A stretch of DNA of 17,493 bases, taken from the IMG/VR virus record IMGVR_UViG_3300045988_124991. One strand, 5' to 3'. The translations under genes and the position numbers were made by a program. Of this stretch, positions 13,121 to 17,493 are shown piece after piece. Each line of letters begins with the position of its first letter. Positions within the stretch are counted from its first letter, which is position 1. The notes under the pieces were generated by a model. That model did no database searches and had not been told where the DNA came from. It saw nothing but the letters and a program-made list of their open reading frames with translations. This stretch comes from a virus.

Positions 13121-13180
13121 CCGTGAAGCCAAGCGAAGCCAAGCGAAGCCAGGCGAAGCCAAGCGAAGCCAAGCAGCGCC
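13121..13180. repeat. 10-bp tandem repeat (AAGCGAAGCC)n: 4 good units plus 2 degenerate flanking units
   Basis: Read directly: ccgtgaagcc aagcgaagcc aagcgaagcc aggcgaagcc aagcgaagcc aagcagcgcc. It fills most of the 101-bp gap between the terL stop (13182) and the portal ATG (13080). Confidence 0.9.
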
Positions 13181-13181
13181 A

Positions 13182-14621
13182 TCAGACTATGAACGGCGTG
13201 GTCTCCTCGGGCTGGTGGGTCGCTCCCCATGCGGCCAACATGCAGCTTTCGAGCGGCGACGTGAGGCCGGTGGAGCCACGGCGGGTGATGCGCCATGCGT
13301 CGCCGCTCCACGTGCGTGCGCTTTTGGCCACGCTCATGTCCAGTTCCATGTCGAGCGCGTGGGTCACGGTGTGGTTCTGCAAGCCGGAAACGTAGGCCTG
13401 GCCGACCGCGAGGTAGTCGGCGGCGGAGAGTTCCACGAACCTCACGAGCGGGTCGCCGTAGCTGTCGGTGAGCGATGCGAGCCGGTCGCGCAGGTCGGCG
13501 TTGGGGCCGCGCGTGTCCATCACGAGCGGTGCCGCGTAGTCGGTGCACAAACGGGTTATCTCGTCGGGGGCGTTGCCGGTGCCGGCCAGCACCTTGAGCA
13601 GTTGGGTGGTGACGGTGCCGTCCTGGTTGACGATGCCGACGCTCACGCTGGTGTTGGTGGCGTCCACGTCCACGGCGGCCGCGAACACGATGGGCCGGCC
13701 GTTGAGCTCGGCGGGCCTGACTGGCGCGACGGCGGTGGTCTCCCACAGGTCGGCCGCTATCACCCTGTCGGAAACGCCGGTGTCGCGCCTGTTGCCGAAC
13801 GCGCGCGCCCAACCGGCCACGTTGTCGCCGAACCCTTCGCGGAAGTCCCTGAGCTGTGGTTTGTACCACAGGTAGCCGGCGGCGGGATGGTAGCGCATGA
13901 CCACGTCCAGGTCCTCGGGGTCGGCGTCCTCGGGTATCCCGAAATCGAACCAGCAAGTGCGTTCGGGCACGTCGCCGGCGCGCAAACCGTCCAGTAGCGG
14001 GTTGAAATAGGTGCTGTCGGCGTTGCCCTCGGTCGAGGTTATCCACCGTTGCGCGGCCACCCCGGTGCGCATAAGCCGCGTGTTCATGGTCGGGATGATG
14101 GCGTCCATGATGGTGTCGCCGGCCTCCTTCGTCAGCGAGAACGCCTCGTCGATGGTGACCTTGTCCATCTGCTTGCCGTGGCCGGCTATCTTGGTCATGG
14201 CCATGGGGCTTATCGTGCTGCCGTTCGTGAAGCTCACGCTCATGCCGCCGTTGGAGAACCGGAACTTACGGACCTTCTGCATCAGGCGCGTGCCCTGCAT
14301 CAGTTCGGCGTACTCCTTGAAATGGTCCTCGGCGTCCTTGCCGGTCTGCGCCGCGTAGGCAATGCGCCGGCGACGGCCGAGCGATGCGTTGAACGTATCC
14401 GACGAGTCCACCAGCGCGCTCTTGCCGCACTGGCGCGGCGTGCTGATCACGACGGTGTCGTAGTGGAAGGTGCCGGTGTCTTCGTCGATCTCGCAGGCCA
14501 CGTCCGCCACGTAGCGTTGCCACGGGATCAGCGGCGTGCCCATCATCGCCGCGATGCCCGCCAATCGCGGCCCCAACGTCCTGCGCGTCTCGTCGCGCCG
14601 GGTGCCGCCCCTAATCAGCAT
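13182..14621 (-). CDS. terL: Terminase large subunit
   Basis: 479 aa from ATG 14621 (SD GGGAGGTG 6 nt upstream). Walker A-like VISTPRQCGKSAL, Walker B-like DKVTIDEAF, and a C-terminal nuclease-like half. The N-terminal 61 aa of the track ORF overlap terS out of frame. Confidence 0.9.
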   Translation of the reverse strand: MLIRGGTRRDETRRTLGPRLAGIAAMMGTPLIPWQRYVADVACEIDEDTGTFHYDTVVISTPRQCGKSALVDSSDTFNASLGRRRRIAYAAQTGKDAEDHFKEYAELMQGTRLMQKVRKFRFSNGGMSVSFTNGSTISPMAMTKIAGHGKQMDKVTIDEAFSLTKEAGDTIMDAIIPTMNTRLMRTGVAAQRWITSTEGNADSTYFNPLLDGLRAGDVPERTCWFDFGIPEDADPEDLDVVMRYHPAAGYLWYKPQLRDFREGFGDNVAGWARAFGNRRDTGVSDRVIAADLWETTAVAPVRPAELNGRPIVFAAAVDVDATNTSVSVGIVNQDGTVTTQLLKVLAGTGNAPDEITRLCTDYAAPLVMDTRGPNADLRDRLASLTDSYGDPLVRFVELSAADYLAVGQAYVSGLQNHTVTHALDMELDMSVAKSARTWSGDAWRITRRGSTGLTSPLESCMLAAWGATHQPEETTPFIV

Positions 14622-14922
14622 CGCCGACACCTCCCGACCACGCGGCCTCCACGTCGTCGTCCGCGACGACCTCGGCGGGATACATGTCGCGAATCTTCCA
14701 CAGGGCGTCGATGTACTGCGCCATGTTGCGGCTGATTTCACGGCCCGCCCGGTTCTGGCTGTCGATGTTGGCCGCAAGGGAGAGCATGGCCTGGCAAAGA
14801 CCATCGCGGATGGGGTCGTATTCCGGGTGCGATTCCTCCAAGTCCTTGACGATGCGGCGCGTGGCCTGCTCCTGCGGGCCGATGTTCCGGCCGGTGTCCT
14901 CGTCGAATCCTTCGAGCATCAT
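14611..14922 (-). CDS. terS: Terminase small subunit (candidate)
   Basis: 103 aa, acidic and helical, immediately upstream of terL and overlapping it by 11 nt. The assignment is mainly positional. Confidence 0.55.
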   Translation of the reverse strand: MMLEGFDEDTGRNIGPQEQATRRIVKDLEESHPEYDPIRDGLCQAMLSLAANIDSQNRAGREISRNMAQYIDALWKIRDMYPAEVVADDDVEAAWSGGVGDAD

Positions 14923-15090
14923 ACGTGGTTTGCTCCAATCATAAAAAAGGTGTATCTTGTGTTTTTGAAGAGCGATACCCGGAAAAACGTTGATATTCCA
15001 ACGTTTTCCGGCTTTTTTATTCTTGTGTTGGGGGGAGAAAAAACTGGGCGCGGGGTCTTGGTCGAGGCCGGCGAGTTTAAAAAACCGCGT
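14923..15090. promoter_or_regulatory. AT-rich intergenic region between HNH and terS: candidate cos/packaging-recognition and late promoter region
   Basis: 168 bp with A/T runs (ataaaaaagg, gtttttga, cttttttatt, gagaaaaaac, gtttaaaaaac), a G6 run and a GC-rich block (ctgggcgcggggtcttggtcgaggccggcgag). The location is typical for cos in HNH-dependent cos phages. Confidence 0.4.
14979..15018 (+). terminator. Stem-loop plus T6 tract with intrinsic-terminator geometry, oriented for the plus strand
   Basis: ccggaaaaacgttg (14979-14992), loop atattc, caacgttttccgg (14999-15011), then c-tttttt (15013-18). One bulged A. On the minus (gene) strand no U-tract follows the stem. Confidence 0.45.
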
Positions 15091-15810
15091 TCACCACTCA
15101 GGCCGCGCCGCGACGCTGGCGGCGTCGGAGCGAAGGCCCAAGGCCGTGAGACGGGCCCGTCGGGCGGCCTGCCTTGCATCCACCAGCGCCTGCGAGAGAT
15201 GCAGCGAGTACCATCGGCGCACCAGCACGCGCTCGTCCTCGGTGACCGCATGGTCCCATGCCTCGGCGTAGTCCACATCCATCACGTGTATGTCGTAGTC
15301 CAGTGCCAGCCACTCGTCCAGCATCCGCGGGTGCCGGCGGCTGGACGGGAACGTGCGCACGCACCACACGTCCAACGGTTCCGCGCATGTGGTGAAGCTG
15401 CGGTACGCGGCGCTCCATGCCATGCCCACGGCCACGCGCTCGGCGCGCGATTCGGTCTCGGCCACGCCCATCGCGTCGGCCAGATACGAGTAGGCCACCA
15501 CTGGGTCCGTGCTTCTGCTGTGTTCGGTGATGTAGTCCAGCGCTGTCGCGTCGCAACCCGGCGGGCACACGATTATGTGCATCCTTGCGCCGTAACCGTA
15601 CAGCACGCGGTCCTGTCGGCTGGCGTTGCAGTGCTTGCAGGCGCGGCGGATGTTGGCCACGGTCGCTTTGCCGCCGTGCGAGTGGGGCACGATGTGGTCG
15701 TCCTCCTCGCCCACCACGGTGCATCCCGGCAACCCCAGCCAACAGGTGTTGCCGTATGTGGCGATGACCTCGGCGCGCACGCACGGGTCGATGACCTGCC
15801 TTCTGCCCAT
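15091..15810 (-). CDS. HNH endonuclease fused to a C-terminal domain with a degenerate P-loop-like motif
   Basis: 239 aa from ATG 15810 (SD GGAAGGAG 8 nt upstream). The HNH core is CWLGLPGC...DHIVPHSHGG...NIRRACKHCN. The C-terminal ~165 aa start with MHIIVCPPGCDAT. Sits next to the terminase genes. Confidence 0.8.
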   Translation of the reverse strand: MGRRQVIDPCVRAEVIATYGNTCWLGLPGCTVVGEEDDHIVPHSHGGKATVANIRRACKHCNASRQDRVLYGYGARMHIIVCPPGCDATALDYITEHSRSTDPVVAYSYLADAMGVAETESRAERVAVGMAWSAAYRSFTTCAEPLDVWCVRTFPSSRRHPRMLDEWLALDYDIHVMDVDYAEAWDHAVTEDERVLVRRWYSLHLSQALVDARQAARRARLTALGLRSDAASVAARPEW

Positions 15811-15812
15811 GG

Positions 15813-16019
15813 CTATCGCTCCTTCCGTGCGGCGAGCCACATGTCAAGGTCGGCCAGCTCGTACAGGATCGGGGAGTTCGGGGCCTCGCCGCTTCGGAAG
15901 TACGCCGGCCCCGTGCCCTTGTCCCGCATCCGCTGCATCGTGCGCCGCGACACATGCAGATACCTTGCGGCCTGGCTGACGGTGAGTTTCACGCGCGGGT
16001 TCACAGCAGACCAACCCAT
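15813..16019 (-). CDS. Excisionase/MerR-type helix-turn-helix DNA-binding protein (candidate Xis/RDF)
   Basis: 68 aa. LTVSQAARYLHVSRRTMQRMRDKGTGPAYFRSG....YELADLDMWL matches the excisionase-family wHTH pattern. An alternative GTG at 16004 makes a GTGA overlap with the upstream stop. Confidence 0.7.
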   Translation of the reverse strand: MGWSAVNPRVKLTVSQAARYLHVSRRTMQRMRDKGTGPAYFRSGEAPNSPILYELADLDMWLAARKER

Positions 16020-16360
16020 GCCTTGAGCGACGTGATCAGGTCGTCGCGGTCGAACCCGTAGTTACCGGCGATGCGAAAAGGCTTGGGCACAATGCCCTCG
16101 CTGACCAGCTGCTGCATCGCATGGTCCCCGGTAGGGTCGGCGGTCGGGCTGATACGGTCCAAACGAAGCAGATTGATGACGATGGAACGATCGACAGTAG
16201 CGGTACCGGTCGTATCATGTTCTAGCGTCGGCAGATTCCACCGAACCGCGTTCCTCATATCCCGAGCCCTGACCGCCTTGCTGGTCACATGCTCACGGCG
16301 GTACTTCTTCTTAATCTTCCTTCGTTCCCTTGTCGGCACGTAATCAACTGCATAACCCAT
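16001..16360 (-). CDS. Hypothetical protein with basic N-terminus and AlpA/excisionase-like C-terminal wHTH
   Basis: 119 aa from ATG 16360 (SD GGAG 6 nt upstream; the track ORF starts at TTG 16372). The C-terminal segment LLRLDRISPTADPTGDHAMQQLVSEGIVPKPFRIAGNYGFDRDDLITSLKAW resembles AlpA-type HTH. Confidence 0.6.
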   Translation of the reverse strand: MGYAVDYVPTRERRKIKKKYRREHVTSKAVRARDMRNAVRWNLPTLEHDTTGTATVDRSIVINLLRLDRISPTADPTGDHAMQQLVSEGIVPKPFRIAGNYGFDRDDLITSLKAWVGLL

Positions 16361-16828
16361 GATGTTCTCCAATCAGCTCGTAGGCGGTTAAGTGGGTAAG
16401 TCCTGTAATCGATGGAATCAATGAATTTCGGATGGTGGAAGGTTAGAGCGGGGAACCATAAGGCGGGAAAACAAGAATCAAGAAGGTTCCTGATTCCCGT
16501 TCTTCCCGAAGGGTTCCCACATGTGAAGCATTTCGGCATGGAGCCAAGGCCGTCGCATATGGTCAGCGGCGCAAGGCCGCGACGAAGGTCAACGCACGTG
16601 CCACCCCACGCATGGGGCCGATGGTGCCGCTTTCGTCCCTGGGAACACGACACGTGCGTTTAGCTGCAACCCGCACGCCTCCCCGCTAGGGACGCTTCAA
16701 CCACCACGCCACACGTGGTGTGTTTGTAACGCGCTGGGCAAGGCGCGGCCGGATGCTTCATCACGCCTCGCACGCAACCGACGGTCGGCGTGGTCAAAGG
16801 CATATTCGGTTATCGACGGCGCAAGCCG
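16361..16828. other. Long non-coding, structured region (candidate early regulatory region, origin or ncRNA)
   Basis: No convincing ORF. The left third is low GC. Three CACGTG palindromes lie at 16595, 16651 and 16712. GGGAAC/GTTCCC motifs lie at 16451, 16485 (half site), 16513 and 16641. There are several short GC hairpins. Confidence 0.55.
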
Positions 16829-17023
16829 TCACAGATCGCCGCCGCGTCTTCGCCGCACCGCATCGTCATGAGCCAACGAATCAGTCACGCACGAGCGCAA
16901 CTGCTCCAACTGCGGGCGGGTCAGCACCACCGCCGCGCGAACATCACCGGAGTCGAACGACACACGGAAGATACCCGGATAGGCCTCGTAATTATCCACG
17001 CAGACCCTAGTAGCCGTACCCAT
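16829..17023 (-). CDS. Hypothetical small early protein (64 aa)
   Basis: ATG at 17023 with SD GAGGAG 5 nt upstream. The upstream part of the 98-aa track ORF is Cys/Arg-rich and unlikely to be translated. Confidence 0.6.
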   Translation of the reverse strand: MGTATRVCVDNYEAYPGIFRVSFDSGDVRAAVVLTRPQLEQLRSCVTDSLAHDDAVRRRRGGDL

Positions 17024-17136
17024 ACCAACTCCTCTCGTCATCGTCGTCCCACAGCCACCGCCAGAACGCGCACAAACCAACCGCCAGCAGCACCGACGGC
17101 AACACAGCCACGACGCACAGGCCACGTAGCACGGTC

Positions 17137-17346
17137 CTACAGATGGCGCGCATGCTTCGCCTCCCTGATGGCCCTGGCAATCTCACGATTGACCGTCACC
17201 AACTCACCCATCGACAACCCATCCACGTCCAACAACTGCCCACGGATGTCCGCGAGGACATGGAAACGATAAGGATTGCCACCATCGGTCACCCTGCAAA
17301 ACACGTCAAACGTGTCGCTGGTGGACTCAGGCTTCAGATACGGCAC
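17137..17346 (-). CDS. Hypothetical small early protein (69 aa)
   Basis: GTG start at 17346 with SD GGAGG 6 nt upstream. It is the first gene of the long minus-strand series after the switch region. Confidence 0.6.
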   Translation of the reverse strand: MPYLKPESTSDTFDVFCRVTDGGNPYRFHVLADIRGQLLDVDGLSMGELVTVNREIARAIREAKHARHL

Positions 17347-17362
17347 GAGACACCTCCGGTTG

Positions 17363-17368
17363 TAGATT
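17363..17368 (+). promoter_or_regulatory. Candidate -10 hexamer (TAGATT) for a leaderless transcript of the membrane-protein gene
   Basis: TANNNT, then a 7-nt spacer (gaacgtc), then ATG at 17376. No SD is present. The same geometry occurs at 1099 and 3762. Confidence 0.4.
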
Positions 17369-17374
17369 GAACGT

Positions 17375-17493
17375 CATGAATGGAATTACGAATTGGTTTC
17401 AAAACATCGACATGGGTGACCCGAACTGGGTCATGGCGATTTGCGCAATATTGACAATCATCGGTGGGGCGGGCGCGTTCATCGTCAAAAAAC
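17375..17493. repeat. Terminal direct repeat identical to 1-119 (circular closure / assembly overlap)
   Basis: Read directly: 17375-17493 (catgaatggaattacg...cgtcaaaaaac) equals 1-119. It contains the ATG (17376) and first codons of the CDS annotated at 2..607. Confidence 0.95.

Larger units (their letters stand above)
1..17374. mobile_element. Complete circular(ised) genome of a small temperate siphovirus-like phage / excised prophage, unit length 17,374 bp
   Basis: An exact 119-bp overlap of the window ends closes the circle. The unit contains int plus an intact attP, a divergent XRE switch, terS/terL/portal/protease-capsid/connector/tail/TMP/lysis modules, and compact overlapping gene junctions. 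Confidence 0.85.

Noticed and set aside
13121-13180. The tandem repeat as a CRISPR array or as coding sequence of an N-terminally extended portal
   Set aside because: The units are contiguous 10-mers with no spacers, so it is not a CRISPR array. As coding sequence the region has low GC3 (~65% by my count) and would encode an odd hydrophobic repeat ahead of a normal portal N-terminus. I therefore treat it as non-coding, while noting the in-frame ATG.
11947-14046. The 699-aa ORF as a single giant portal protein
   Set aside because: The N-terminal ~320 aa are Arg/Gly/Pro-rich low-complexity sequence overlapping terL in another frame, plus the tandem-repeat region. Portal-like sequence begins at MNERLGF (13080).
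14536-16026. The 496-aa plus-strand ORF and the 285-aa minus ORF (15098..15955) over the terS/HNH/Xis region
   Set aside because: They span intergenic AT-rich DNA and three well-supported minus-strand genes, and they have low-complexity Arg/Gly/Val-rich composition with no start context. I treat them as shadow ORFs.
16285-16663. The 122-aa minus and 83-aa plus ORFs in the non-coding island
   Set aside because: Neither has an SD. Composition is irregular (Cys/Arg/His/Trp-rich). Both cross the low-GC block and overlap the start of the 119-aa gene. No codon-phase GC signal was evident by eye.
17038-17118. A 26-aa hydrophobic minus-strand mini-ORF (GTG start, MRRGCVAVGAAGGWFVRVLAVAVGRR) in the gap between the 69-aa and 64-aa genes
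   Set aside because: No SD and a non-ATG start. It is too short to separate from chance in GC-rich DNA.

Overview
The window is a complete, circularly closed phage genome. Positions 17375-17493 repeat 1-119 exactly, giving a unit length of 17,374 bp. It looks like a very small temperate siphovirus-type phage or excised prophage from a GC-rich Gram-positive (Actinomycetota-like) host.

Nearly all genes lie on the minus strand in one tightly packed series with ATGA/GTGA/TGATG junctions and strong AAGGAG-type Shine-Dalgarno (SD) sites:
- Early region: small early genes, two excisionase/AlpA-like HTH proteins and an HNH endonuclease.
- Packaging and head: terS, terL, portal and a prohead-protease/major-capsid fusion.
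- Tail: connectors, tail tube, chaperones with a frameshift, tape measure and two tip proteins.
- Lysis: membrane protein, amidase and holin.

The plus strand carries the lysogeny functions: a membrane-anchored protein, an XRE repressor-like gene, a small tyrosine integrase, and a possible 99-aa ORF antisense to the tail/lysis junction.

The most interesting signals are:
1. A tRNA 3'-end fragment (attP core) lies inside the 3' end of the repressor-like ORF, just upstream of int. The phage-encoded C-terminus of that ORF ends ...ILAA. This is the architecture of integration-dependent immunity.
2. A 26-bp inverted repeat derived from a tRNA T-arm lies at attP.
3. Three plus-strand genes share identical TANNNT-N7-ATG (leaderless-type) geometry.
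4. A protease-capsid fusion has an internal SD+ATG.
5. A 10-bp tandem repeat lies at the terL/portal junction.
6. A 468-bp structured non-coding region lies in a genome with no recognisable replication genes.

All functional calls come from reading the translated ORFs and motifs by eye. No database search was run.
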